From IMG/VR virus record IMGVR_UViG_3300048838_001248, positions 64,001 to 102,208 of that record: 38,208 bases of DNA; one strand, 5' to 3'. Numbering within the stretch: position 1 is the first letter of the stretch; each line of letters begins with the position of its first letter. The notes beneath the pieces were generated by a model. It was given only the letters and a program-made list of their open reading frames with translations. It did not search any database and was not told the origin of the DNA. A program made the position numbers and the translations under genes. Source of the stretch: a virus (taxonomy: Duplodnaviria > Heunggongvirae > Uroviricota > Caudoviricetes). Below, one piece after another: positions 25,365-34,802 of this stretch.

Positions 25365-25439
25365 TTGTCTCGGTGAGATTTGAACTCACGACTTCCACAT
25401 TATCAGTGTGACACTCTGACCGGACTGAGTTACGAGACA
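25365..25439 (-). tRNA. tRNA-Ile(GAU)
   Basis: TCACA-CTGATAA-TGTGG. Confidence 0.95.
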
Positions 25440-25444
25440 ATTTG

Positions 25445-25520
25445 CGGGTCGGGTAGGAGTCGAACCTACATCTCGCTGGTTAACAGCCAGCCGTTTTAAC
25501 CATTATAGCACTACCAACCC
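25445..25520 (-). tRNA. tRNA-Asn(GUU)
   Basis: GCTGG-CTGTTAA-CCAGC; irregular D-arm. Confidence 0.85.
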
Positions 25521-25641
25521 ATTTGGCGTGTCAGAGCGGGTTGTACGATTAACACACCCAATGCATTTTGTCTGTCCATGTCTGTGTCTCTGGCACAACC
25601 GCCCAGAGTGCCTTTGGCTTACAACTACTTTGCATTGTTTG

Positions 25642-25716
25642 AGCATAGAGTGGGATTCGAACCCACGATTGTACGGTTTTGCAGACCGTTGCCTTTGACC
25701 ACTCGACCATCTATGC
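25642..25716 (-). tRNA. tRNA-Cys(GCA)
   Basis: ACGGT-CTGCAAA-ACCGT; U73. Confidence 0.95.
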
Positions 25717-25810
25717 ATATATAAAACTTTCAGTCAATCCTAAGATTGTGCGGTAATCACCACGAGCAGGTAGTTTTATTCGATTACCATACCAGCATGT
25801 CAAAGAACAC

Positions 25811-25862
25811 GATTATCGGTTTTTAAGCCGATAATCAGCATTTATCGGTTTTTAAGCCGATA
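25811..25862. repeat. Tandem duplicated 20-nt hairpin
   Basis: tatcggtttttaagccgata at 25814-25833 and 25843-25862. Confidence 0.9.
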
Positions 25863-25871
25863 TTTTATTTG

Positions 25872-25942
25872 AGCCAAGAACGGGAATCGAACCCGTATTG
25901 CTTGTATACCACACAAAAGTTCTACCTTTAAACTATCTCGGC
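25872..25942 (-). tRNA. tRNA-Thr(GGU)
   Basis: Acceptor GCCGAGA/TCTTGGC; arm TTTGT-GTGGTAT-ACAAG; U73. Confidence 0.85.
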
Positions 25943-25961
25943 TTATGTAAAGAACGTTAAA

Positions 25962-25995
25962 ATAAAAAACCCGGAACTTTGGATTCCGGGTTCTG
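25962..25995 (-). terminator. Attenuator terminator ahead of tRNA array 1
   Basis: AACCCGGAA-TCCAAAG-TTCCGGGTT then TTTTATTTT; CAGAACCCG is complementary to leader CGGGTTCTG (26045-26053). Confidence 0.85.
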
Positions 25996-26033
25996 TTTTT
26001 ATTCAGTTTTATTTTACTTCATATAATTTCGTA

Positions 26034-26156
26034 TTAATAAAACCCAGAACCCGTGTCCGCAATATTATTTCTGCCAAAATCTGAACAGAATGTACCTTCT
26101 CCAATACGACTGGTTGTCGTTAGACTCGATACTAATATGTAGGCTATTCGTTTCAT
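26034..26156 (-). CDS. Leader peptide 1 (40 aa)
   Basis: MKRIAYILVSSLTTTSRIGEGTFCSDFGRNNIADTGSGFY, between promoter and terminator. Confidence 0.75.
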   Translation of the reverse strand: MKRIAYILVSSLTTTSRIGEGTFCSDFGRNNIADTGSGFY

Positions 26157-26226
26157 CGTTTTATTTTTTACTTATTAATAATAAAATGGCTTCTTCATTT
26201 AAAATCATTTTTATCTAAATACGTTA

Positions 26227-26257
26227 CAAAGGTATAAAATGTTACAACAATTGCAAA
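26227..26257 (-). promoter_or_regulatory. Bacteroidota primary-sigma promoter for leader 1
   Basis: TTTG-N19-TACCTTTG. Confidence 0.8.
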
Positions 26258-26275
26258 CTTTTTTCAAATTATTTT

Positions 26276-26309
26276 CAAAAAAAATCCCGAATTTTTTTGA
26301 TTCGGGATT
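26276..26309 (-). terminator. Intrinsic terminator after the large vWA gene
   Basis: AATCCCGAA-N9-TTCGGGATT followed by a U tract. Confidence 0.8.
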
Positions 26310-26331
26310 CATTTATTTAAAAATCAGGTGT

Positions 26332-28608
26332 TTAGATTTTCACTTCCTTTTCATTCAAGTCAAAAGTAAATTCGACATTTTGACCATCAAGAACCACATT
26401 AAGTTTATTTTCGTCAAAGGATTTGAATTCGGTAAACCATTTTTTGCTAAGAATTAAAGCAAATTTGATTTCTGCAATTTCCTGTAATGCTTTTCTTCTT
26501 TGCTTATTAAGAATACCGGATTTGGTTTCAAGGTATGTTTTAAGTACACCTTTCTGTTGTTCTTCACTAAGCGACTTATACATATCAGAATCCAGTTGTG
26601 AGAGATACTTCTTGATTGCATCAGCCATCACCCACTCGCTGAGTTTCAATGCTGCACCGCTTTTTATTTTGGCGACAACATCTTCAACCTTTGGCAGTGA
26701 AGACAGACCTTTGATTTTGGTTTCAAGATTAACCGACATATAGAAGTCAGTTGATTCTGCGCTTGTCACCTTTGGTGCAAAACCGTTGAAGTCTGTGATA
26801 CCTACTTCTTTAAGCCAATCAGCAGCTTCTTGTCCAAGCAATTCAACAAATGATTTGCTGGTTTTAGGATACAGTGATTTCTTATAGAAGTCATAAACTT
26901 TCTTATCACCCTGTAATTTTACGAGTTCCCATTCCAGTTTAGCAAGTGACATTGCGGAAACTGCTTTAACCATTTTCTTGTTGACAAGTGGAAGACTGGT
27001 AAGGTCGATAACGATGAGTTGATAGGTATCACTTCCATCATATTTTTCGCTTGAAACATAGATTTCGTGTTTAACATCATTATTTTTTAATAATGCCTCT
27101 AATTCAATCGACCAATTTACTGGAAGTTTCTGCACATTAACAATACCGTCTTTGATAAGAGTGAAGGTATTGTATTTGAATGACGCAACCTTGTCAATTT
27201 TGAATTTATTTTCAGGAAGAATTGCTTCTCCTTCGATATAAATTCTCACACTGAGGTTAGCACGACTTTCGTTCCACACCAAGTCAGTAAGAGGATATCC
27301 CCTGTCAGGATTGGTATTGTGGAATTTTACCTCAACTTTACTTTCTTGAAGTTCAGAAGTTATTTTCGCCAGTTCTTCAACATTCTTTGCCTCTGCAAGT
27401 CTTTTCTTTTCGGCATCAGTAAGAACAGTTGCACTTGCAATTTTCTTTCTACCGATTCTGTTATATGAGAAAGATTCGTGACTTGGATAGAACAGACACC
27501 CTTCAGTATTTCCCAAATCTTCAATGAGATTCATGAGGCAGTATGCATCATCAGGAACGGGTTTAATTTGAACCTTTCCATTGTAAACCGGAAATCTCTT
27601 CGACACGTCAGCAATACATTCTTTAATTGCAGTCTTGAATGTGTTGAGTTTCTGTTTTCCGAAAGCATTGACAAGCATCTGATAATGAAATTGGTCACCA
27701 AGTGCATAGAATACCTTTTCAGCATCATCATTCAGAAGTTTGTCGGCAAGCACATAAATTGCTGCATATAGACTGGTGTCACTTCCAGAAGTACCTGCAT
27801 TAGTACCAACCTCTTTTGCAGAGAAGAAATGTACATCTTTCACATCACTACCTACCATAATTTTGCCGTCCTGAATATTGTAAAGCAAAACGCTTCCATT
27901 AGAAACGCTGAACGCAAAATCGTAAAGATATTTGTCGGTGATTTCAACAACGATTTTCTTCCCACCACGAGCACTTGTTGATATTTTTGCATCAAACATT
28001 GGCTCAAAGTCATCGAAACCATCGCAACTAATTTTTTCACCGCCAAGCACAGATGCCATTTCGGTTAGTCTTCGGGAATCGGCATAGTAACCATATTCAA
28101 CAAATGTTGAAGATGTGATGTCGGTTTCCAGAGTTTTGAGTGTGGAAATCACCTCATTCCAAGGACAGTCATTATTATAACCATCGGTAAGGAAAATCAT
28201 CGAGAAAACAGAATCTGGGCGATTTTTTTGGATTCTTCCAACCAATTCTTTAACCAATTGAAGTGGTTTAAGGAATGCAGTTAATCCAATTGGGCGAAGC
28301 CATTTATCAATTGCATCATTCAGGTCGCTGAGAGTCTTGAGTGATTTTACTTCAACCTCTTCTTTAAGAATTCCAGCTTCCCTACTACCGGAGAACCATA
28401 CAATAGAAATAGTATCACCTTCCTTCATGATGTTGGAAAGTTTGTTTTTCAATTGTGTTCTGATTAAAGGGAGTTCGTGATACATTGACCCTGATACGTC
28501 AACTACGAAGATGTGATTTGTTTTTTTTGCAACCTCTACGGTTACGTTACTATTAACACTCTGAGAAATGAGGTAATAGTTTTCATGGAGTTTTTCAAAA
28601 ATTTTCAT
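26332..28608 (-). CDS. Large protein with N-terminal vWA (MIDAS) domain
   Basis: FVVDVSGSM, GLTAF, IFLTDG; 758 aa. Confidence 0.85.
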   Translation of the reverse strand: MKIFEKLHENYYLISQSVNSNVTVEVAKKTNHIFVVDVSGSMYHELPLIRTQLKNKLSNIMKEGDTISIVWFSGSREAGILKEEVEVKSLKTLSDLNDAIDKWLRPIGLTAFLKPLQLVKELVGRIQKNRPDSVFSMIFLTDGYNNDCPWNEVISTLKTLETDITSSTFVEYGYYADSRRLTEMASVLGGEKISCDGFDDFEPMFDAKISTSARGGKKIVVEITDKYLYDFAFSVSNGSVLLYNIQDGKIMVGSDVKDVHFFSAKEVGTNAGTSGSDTSLYAAIYVLADKLLNDDAEKVFYALGDQFHYQMLVNAFGKQKLNTFKTAIKECIADVSKRFPVYNGKVQIKPVPDDAYCLMNLIEDLGNTEGCLFYPSHESFSYNRIGRKKIASATVLTDAEKKRLAEAKNVEELAKITSELQESKVEVKFHNTNPDRGYPLTDLVWNESRANLSVRIYIEGEAILPENKFKIDKVASFKYNTFTLIKDGIVNVQKLPVNWSIELEALLKNNDVKHEIYVSSEKYDGSDTYQLIVIDLTSLPLVNKKMVKAVSAMSLAKLEWELVKLQGDKKVYDFYKKSLYPKTSKSFVELLGQEAADWLKEVGITDFNGFAPKVTSAESTDFYMSVNLETKIKGLSSLPKVEDVVAKIKSGAALKLSEWVMADAIKKYLSQLDSDMYKSLSEEQQKGVLKTYLETKSGILNKQRRKALQEIAEIKFALILSKKWFTEFKSFDENKLNVVLDGQNVEFTFDLNEKEVKI

Positions 28609-28647
28609 ACAATATTTATTTAATTACAGTTTATTTCTGTTACAATA

Positions 28648-28678
28648 CAAAAGTATGTAAATTTATTTTAACTACAAA
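28648..28678 (-). promoter_or_regulatory. Bacteroidota primary-sigma promoter
   Basis: TTTG-N19-TACTTTTG. Confidence 0.75.
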
Positions 28679-28690
28679 ACAAATTACACA

Positions 28691-28885
28691 CTATTTTTCA
28701 ATCCTTTTGTGGTTTTTTAACCACTGTTCAATATAAGCATTGTCATTACTCACAAAACCATCATGACAATCGACCTGAAAATCTCTTACAAGTTTTTGTA
28801 AATCGTCAATAGTTAAAAAATAACCACTAACATATTTTTCATCTTTACCTTCTTCAACTACAATTTTACTCTCTAAAATAATCAT
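28691..28885 (-). CDS. Small hypothetical protein
   Basis: 64-aa ORF whose start lies in a hairpin. Confidence 0.7.
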   Translation of the reverse strand: MIILESKIVVEEGKDEKYVSGYFLTIDDLQKLVRDFQVDCHDGFVSNDNAYIEQWLKNHKRIEK

Positions 28886-28919
28886 GGTCAGTAAATTTTA
28901 CATAAATACTGACCATGAT
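28881..28919 (-). promoter_or_regulatory. 13-bp start-codon-sequestering hairpin containing GTATTTAT
   Basis: ATCATGGTCAGTA / TACTGACCATGAT perfect inverted repeat covering the ATG at 28885. Confidence 0.8.
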
Positions 28920-28944
28920 AAAAAAGATTATAATTTTTTATAAA

Positions 28945-31596
28945 TTATCCACATTTTCCATAACCACACGCCATACAGGTTAAACATCCTTCTTTATATT
29001 CAAGATGGTCACTACCACAAACCGGGCAAACACCTTTACCTTTTTCACCGTCTTTGATATATCTTTTAATGACACGTGCTACACCATTTTTCCACGTATT
29101 TAAGTGGTCGGTATTAAGGTTTAATGAGTCAATCAAATGATAAACATAAATTATTGGCATTCCGTGTCTTAATACACTTGAAAATAGTTTAGCGTAATTC
29201 CAGTACTCAGGATTGAATGCATGATTAAGACCAGTATGAACCTGCTTATCGCCATTACTGTCAATATATTCAATATCATATCGCTTCCTTTTATTACCGT
29301 CTTTATCCTCAATAATGTTTTTAACGACTTCACACTCTTTTACATTACTTGGAAGGTTGCTTAATCCATTTTCTAACTTTCCAGTGAAAATTTCGTATGG
29401 TTTTCCATCACGCATACCAACAACAGCAATCCATTTTTCCAAATTATTTTGGAATCTATGTATTTCACCCTTTAATCTCTTGGGACGTTTAGGTGCATGA
29501 TTTTCCTGAAACTCGGATTTGGTTTCCTTTTGTGAAACCAGCACACCGCTACGACTACCATCACGATAAACAGTAATGCCTTTACAACCACTTTGCCAAC
29601 CTGTTTCATATACTTTGGCTACGGTTTCTTCGGTAACGTCTTCAGGAAGATTAACGGTAACACTAATGCTGTGGTCAACATGTTTTTGAACCCTACCCTG
29701 CATTTCAACCTTTTTAACCCAATCAACATCATTTGAAGTTGCCTTATAATAAGGAGACTTTTTAACGATTTCATCAAGTTGTTGCTTTGACATGGATTTA
29801 ACCACATCAATACTATAACCATTAATTTCTAACCACATTTCGAATTTGTGATGAAATACTGGATATTCCATCCATGCAATGCCTTCATCATCAACGAAAT
29901 CAATTCTAACATCCTTTTCCTGTGGATTGATTTTACGTCTACGCATGTACACAGGTAAGAATGCTGGTTCAATACCTGATGTTGTTTGTGTCATTAAAGA
30001 GACTGTCCCGGTTGGTGCAATAGTAAGCAAGGCAATATTTCTACGACCATACTTAACCATATTTTTATACAATTCTTCGTCTTCATTGAATAATCTTTCA
30101 ATGAACGGGTTTTCCTTTTCCCTATCCCAATCATAAATTGGAAATGCACCACGTTCTTTTGCCATGATAACTGACGACCAATATGCTTGCAATTTCAGTG
30201 TCTTATGAACTTCCTCACTGAAATCAGTTGCTTTGTCAGTGCCATACCTAAGTCCCATTGCAGCAATCATATCACCTTCACCTGTAACACCCAAACCAGT
30301 TCTACGACCCTTTACGGTCATTTCTCTTATCTTTTCCCAGAGGTTAATTTCATATAACTTAATGAATTCGTCTTCCGGGTCTGATTTAATTTTATTGAGA
30401 ATAGCATCTATCTTTTCAAGTTCAAGGTCAATAATATCATCCATATATCGTTGCGCAATGACCACATCACTTTTAAATAAATCCCAATCAAAATAAGCAT
30501 CGGGAGTAAAGGGATTTACAACATATCCAAATAAGTTAAGAGCAAGTAATCTACAACTATCGTTTGGACACAAAGGTATTTCACCGCAAGGATTAGTTGA
30601 TGTTGTTCTGAAGCCTTCATGTGTATAACAATCGGGAATACTTTCATTCATAACCGCATCCCAAAAAAGAATACCGGGTTCTGCAGATTTCCAAGCGTTA
30701 AATATTATTTTTTTCCAAAGTTTTTTAGCATCGGTTTTTTTCACATATCCAATATTCTTACCGTATTTGTCTTGTACTGGATATATCTTATCATACTCAG
30801 CATTTAAATGAAATTCCTGCATAGAAAAAAGATACATTGTTGCATCTTCCTGCTCTGACATTATTTTAAATAAATCCAAGGGATATGTTTGCACAAAATG
30901 AGTTTCGTCTCTAACTGCTCTCATGAACTCATCTGTAATCTTTACCGAAACATTTGCACCAGTAACTTTACCAGCACTTAATTTAGCATCAATGAATGCT
31001 TCTGCATCTGGATGTTTTATTGAAATACTTTCCATTAACGCACCTCTTCTGCCGTCCTGTGCAACTTCTTTAGTACTATTTGAGTATCTTTCCATGAAAG
31101 GTACTACACCTGTACTTGTTATTGCACTATTTTTCACCGGACTTCCGGCAGGACGAATAAATGAAAGGTCTAATCCAACACCACCACGTCTTTTCTGTAG
31201 CTGAACCATTTCTTGGTCAAGTTTCATTATTCCACCATAGCTGTCACTATCCTTTGTGTTTCCAATAACAAAACAATTCGATAAAGACACTACTTGAAAA
31301 TCATTACCAATGCCAGACATCGGTGAACCTTGTGGTACAATTCTTTTAAAATTCTTTAGTGTTTGGTAAATTTCTTCTTCATTAAGAGGGTTGGGATATT
31401 TTGATTCGATTCTTGCAAGTTCTTTTGCAATTCTTCGATGCATGTCATCCGGGGTTAATTCGTAGTAATTTTTTTCATCTTTTAAGCAATACTTTTTCAT
31501 CCAAACATCGGCTGCTAAACCATCTCCTTTAAAATACAGAGAAGTAGCGTTTTCAACCTCTTGTCTGGAAAAACTTTTCAAATTTTTTTCCGTCAT
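28945..31596 (-). CDS. nrdJ: Class II (adenosylcobalamin) ribonucleotide reductase
   Basis: SLSNCFV, RRGGVG, TNPCGEIPL, TIAPTGT, SSG-like TSGIEP, KGITVYRDGSR; C-terminal Cys-rich domain. Confidence 0.92.
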   Translation of the reverse strand: MTEKNLKSFSRQEVENATSLYFKGDGLAADVWMKKYCLKDEKNYYELTPDDMHRRIAKELARIESKYPNPLNEEEIYQTLKNFKRIVPQGSPMSGIGNDFQVVSLSNCFVIGNTKDSDSYGGIMKLDQEMVQLQKRRGGVGLDLSFIRPAGSPVKNSAITSTGVVPFMERYSNSTKEVAQDGRRGALMESISIKHPDAEAFIDAKLSAGKVTGANVSVKITDEFMRAVRDETHFVQTYPLDLFKIMSEQEDATMYLFSMQEFHLNAEYDKIYPVQDKYGKNIGYVKKTDAKKLWKKIIFNAWKSAEPGILFWDAVMNESIPDCYTHEGFRTTSTNPCGEIPLCPNDSCRLLALNLFGYVVNPFTPDAYFDWDLFKSDVVIAQRYMDDIIDLELEKIDAILNKIKSDPEDEFIKLYEINLWEKIREMTVKGRRTGLGVTGEGDMIAAMGLRYGTDKATDFSEEVHKTLKLQAYWSSVIMAKERGAFPIYDWDREKENPFIERLFNEDEELYKNMVKYGRRNIALLTIAPTGTVSLMTQTTSGIEPAFLPVYMRRRKINPQEKDVRIDFVDDEGIAWMEYPVFHHKFEMWLEINGYSIDVVKSMSKQQLDEIVKKSPYYKATSNDVDWVKKVEMQGRVQKHVDHSISVTVNLPEDVTEETVAKVYETGWQSGCKGITVYRDGSRSGVLVSQKETKSEFQENHAPKRPKRLKGEIHRFQNNLEKWIAVVGMRDGKPYEIFTGKLENGLSNLPSNVKECEVVKNIIEDKDGNKRKRYDIEYIDSNGDKQVHTGLNHAFNPEYWNYAKLFSSVLRHGMPIIYVYHLIDSLNLNTDHLNTWKNGVARVIKRYIKDGEKGKGVCPVCGSDHLEYKEGCLTCMACGYGKCG

Positions 31597-31726
31597 AAAA
31601 TAATAATTTTTTATAAAATTTATGTTTACAAATATATGGATAGGTTACCATAAATACAAGGTTTTATAAAAAAACTGGAATAAACTTTTAATAAATTTTC
31701 AAGTCTTTAGTTCACATATTTTTACG

Positions 31727-31754
31727 AAAAAAGGGATGCTAATTAGCATCCCTT
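31727..31754 (-). terminator. Intrinsic terminator
   Basis: Palindrome AAGGGATGCTAATTAGCATCCCTT followed by a U tract. Confidence 0.8.
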
Positions 31755-31787
31755 AAAAAAACGGAAATAGATACGAAAACAGAAAAA

Positions 31788-32558
31788 TTATTGTTGATTT
31801 ATATTACTTGTTCCTGTGGTATATGTGATGTCAACTGAACCATTATCTTCGGGTTCATTATCATCCTTATCGTCAATAAGTTTTTTTGACATTTTCTTAA
31901 AATTGTCTGAAGTACTACTCATTGACCTATAACTCATGCTTGCATCATTTAATGTTGCAGTCATATTCATGACACCTACAGAGTCTGCGGTATAGGTGAA
32001 AGTATTCCCGGCACTAATTCCGAATGATGTCCCAACAGAAAATGCGTCTTGATTTGCAGCGAGATAAATGAAATTCCAATCATCTTCTTCACAACTCTTA
32101 ATAAGTTTTTTAATTGTTTCGAGATTGTATTCATGACTTGCATTTTCGTGACCATCGGTAACAACACAAACAAGCACTTTTGCTGGTGCTTCTTTTCCAA
32201 GTTTAATAAAATTTTGTTTCTCAGAATTAATTGTTTTACCAATTGCATCATAAAGTGCAGTAGTGCCCCTCGGATACCAATCTTTTTTTGTTAGTTCTTC
32301 TGCTTTTTTGATGTCTACATTATCATAAATCAATTCGTATTTGTCATCAAAAAGTGCAATAGTAATTGTAGCCTCATCAGGCAATTCTTTTTGTTTTTTC
32401 AGAAATGTATTAAAACCACCAATGCTGTCATCCATTATACTGGACATTGAGCCACTGCGGTCTAAAATACAAATGATGTGAGTTTTTTCATTTGAAGAAA
32501 CTATTTCTTCGGTAACTGTTGTTGTAACAGTAGTTGTTACTTTTTTCTTTTTAGCCAT
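31788..32558 (-). CDS. vWA-domain protein
   Basis: ILDRSGSM, GTTALYDAIG, VTDGHENAS. Confidence 0.9.
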   Translation of the reverse strand: MAKKKKVTTTVTTTVTEEIVSSNEKTHIICILDRSGSMSSIMDDSIGGFNTFLKKQKELPDEATITIALFDDKYELIYDNVDIKKAEELTKKDWYPRGTTALYDAIGKTINSEKQNFIKLGKEAPAKVLVCVVTDGHENASHEYNLETIKKLIKSCEEDDWNFIYLAANQDAFSVGTSFGISAGNTFTYTADSVGVMNMTATLNDASMSYRSMSSTSDNFKKMSKKLIDDKDDNEPEDNGSVDITYTTGTSNINQQ

Positions 32559-32686
32559 TTCTCATATACTTATGCTTTTAAAGTTATTTTGAACAAATAT
32601 ATATTATTTTTATTTAAAATGCAAGGTTATTTTTATTTAGACTAAATAAAAATAATATTACGTTGATTTTCAATAGAATATAAAAT

Positions 32687-32715
32687 AAAAAAACCGGGTG
32701 ATTTACCCGGTTTTT
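32687..32715. terminator. Intrinsic terminator
   Basis: AAAAACCGGG-tgattta-CCCGGTTTTT. Confidence 0.85.
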
Positions 32716-32735
32716 CAATATAAAATAACGATTAA

Positions 32736-34382
32736 CTATTCTTTGGAATTCAAATTTCTGCGTAGGAAATTACTCCAAGTACGAATTAATTCATCGATTT
32801 GATTTAGGTCATCAGTATATAATTCCTGACGAGATGCCAGAGCAAACGAGTGAAGCATATCAAGCATGAATTTTTGCCCCTGCCTATCAAGTCTCGCAAA
32901 TTCAAAGTAGAATCCGTGGTCAACATTGATACGCACCAAGAACTTACCATTACCCTGATGATGTGCATTGAAAAACGAAGCGTCTTCACCGAAGTTCACG
33001 AAATCCACGTCTATTTTATTAAACGTTTTTTTGTTTCGTGGTTTATCCTCTTTTTTTCTTTCCCTTTTATCTTTCTCAACTTCAGGTTCGTCTTCAACTC
33101 CTTCGATTTTTTCCTTTTTAATTGGGTTTCCGTTTTTATCGGTTAACACCGTAGGAGTATTTTTATTGTCGTTTTTCTGTTTGACAATACTTTTAATGTT
33201 TTTCAATACATCTTCATCAACTTCCTCAGAAGATTCAGGCATTGTTTTTCTCTTTTCTGATTTACAATATTTAACTGCTTCTGTGACATCATGCTGCATT
33301 AAATTAGTCAAACTTTGTGGTAATATGATTCTGTTTTTCATTACGTTTGTTTTGAAAACTTCGTCAAATTTACCGTCAAAAAGAAGTTCCGCACGGAAAT
33401 TTCCTTGCCAACTTGAATATTTATCGATACCACTAAAATCAAATCTTTCTGCTTCCATGATTTGTCTGTGATTACGCATCACATAAAAACCATTATTTCT
33501 ACCGTTAAGTTTTTCTGTGGGGTATAAGGTTTCGAGTGCTGGGTCAACATAATAATATCTCACCACAATCTCAGCAAGTTGACCATCAACATCAAATTGA
33601 TATTTTTGATTGGTGACATTGCTATTTAGAATGATTGTTCCTTTCAAATCAGCACCCATTGGGTCAATCATTTCTACTTTGGTGTCGTTCAGTACAAATG
33701 ATATTTTTTTCACACCGTTCTTTCCAGAAATGTACGAACGATAAGTTTTCCCAATCGCTTTCAACAGTTGGTTATCGAATTGTGTTTTATTTCGATTGGA
33801 AATTCTATCTAATTTATAGATTTCGAGAATTGTCCCGGTTGAATTACCAAGCATTTGTTTGAAATACCTGATTTCATCCTGATTTGCTTTTTCGATTGAA
33901 ACGAATTTCCACGATTTTTCTTTTATCGCAATATCTAAATCGAAAATACCACACACATAATTATCATCACTGTGTTTGGTTATGATTTTAAAACCACGAC
34001 CTAATGATATTGATGCAGAATTGAGACCTACACCGAAGTATCCTAATTCACCATCACGGATTTTGCTGGTTTCTGAACCGAGTTTAAGTGCCTCGGTTAG
34101 AATTTTTTCTGTCATACCAACACCATCATCAATAATGCAAATACGACCCTTACCATCGCTACCAAATTTTGTGGTAATAGTAATTTCGGGTTTTTTAGTG
34201 CCGTTGATAACAACAGCATCGACTGAATTATCGATAATATCAAGAATTGCCTGATAATTATCGTAACCCATGTCACGAAGAGATTCTAATAAACGTGGAT
34301 TTGGAGTTGCATCGACAAGATGCCTGTCTGTGGTAGTTGCGTACTGTTCTTCAGCAACGTTACCGTTTTCTGTTTTTAACAT
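32736..34382 (-). CDS. GHKL ATPase, prokaryotic MORC-like
   Basis: LRDMGY, DIIDNSVDA, IIDDGVGM, GYFGVGL, GT; S5-like domain; start moved to MLKTENG. Confidence 0.85.
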   Translation of the reverse strand: MLKTENGNVAEEQYATTTDRHLVDATPNPRLLESLRDMGYDNYQAILDIIDNSVDAVVINGTKKPEITITTKFGSDGKGRICIIDDGVGMTEKILTEALKLGSETSKIRDGELGYFGVGLNSASISLGRGFKIITKHSDDNYVCGIFDLDIAIKEKSWKFVSIEKANQDEIRYFKQMLGNSTGTILEIYKLDRISNRNKTQFDNQLLKAIGKTYRSYISGKNGVKKISFVLNDTKVEMIDPMGADLKGTIILNSNVTNQKYQFDVDGQLAEIVVRYYYVDPALETLYPTEKLNGRNNGFYVMRNHRQIMEAERFDFSGIDKYSSWQGNFRAELLFDGKFDEVFKTNVMKNRIILPQSLTNLMQHDVTEAVKYCKSEKRKTMPESSEEVDEDVLKNIKSIVKQKNDNKNTPTVLTDKNGNPIKKEKIEGVEDEPEVEKDKRERKKEDKPRNKKTFNKIDVDFVNFGEDASFFNAHHQGNGKFLVRINVDHGFYFEFARLDRQGQKFMLDMLHSFALASRQELYTDDLNQIDELIRTWSNFLRRNLNSKE

Positions 34383-34426
34383 ATATTGTTTATTTAATGT
34401 CCGAATACTATATTCGAACTTCTGTG

Positions 34427-34458
34427 CAAATATATAAACAATAAATGTAACCACCAAA
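34427..34458 (-). promoter_or_regulatory. Bacteroidota primary-sigma promoter
   Basis: TTTG-N20-TATATTTG. Confidence 0.7.
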
Positions 34459-34493
34459 TATTTAGGTGATTATTTTTAAAAAATTTTAAATTG

Positions 34494-34578
34494 TGAGGGT
34501 AGAGGGATTCGAACCCCCTGAGTATCAAAGTATTGGATTTACAGTCCAACGCCACTCCACCATCGTAGCCGTACCCTC
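34494..34578 (-). tRNA. tRNA-Tyr(GUA)
   Basis: TTGGA-CTGTAAA-TCCAA, long variable arm. Confidence 0.95.
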
Positions 34579-34582
34579 ATTG

Positions 34583-34653
34583 TGCATCCGACAGGGTTCG
34601 AACCTGTGTCACCTGATTAAGAGTCAGGAGCATAACCACTTTGCTACGGATGC
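34583..34653 (-). tRNA. tRNA-Lys(CUU)
   Basis: CCTGA-CTCTTAA-TCAGG. Confidence 0.95.
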
Positions 34654-34717
34654 AAGTTCCTCCTGTCCCTTCGGCAACGGTTATGTTGGTGCACCAACGC
34701 CCCTTTTCAGGAAGATG

Positions 34718-34796
34718 TGGAAATGGTAGGACTCGAACCTACATGCCGAAGCGGGAGTTTTACAGACTCTTGGGTATTCCAGCACCCAACATTTCC
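34718..34796 (-). tRNA. tRNA-Tyr(GUA)
   Basis: GAGT-CTGTAAA-ACTC; variable arm GC-TTCG-GC. Confidence 0.9.
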
Positions 34797-34802
34797 AATT
34801 TG

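Noticed and set aside
28945-31596. Intein or group I intron in nrdJ
   Set aside because: Frame is continuous with no intein splice motifs; only a short insertion before the NPCGE motif
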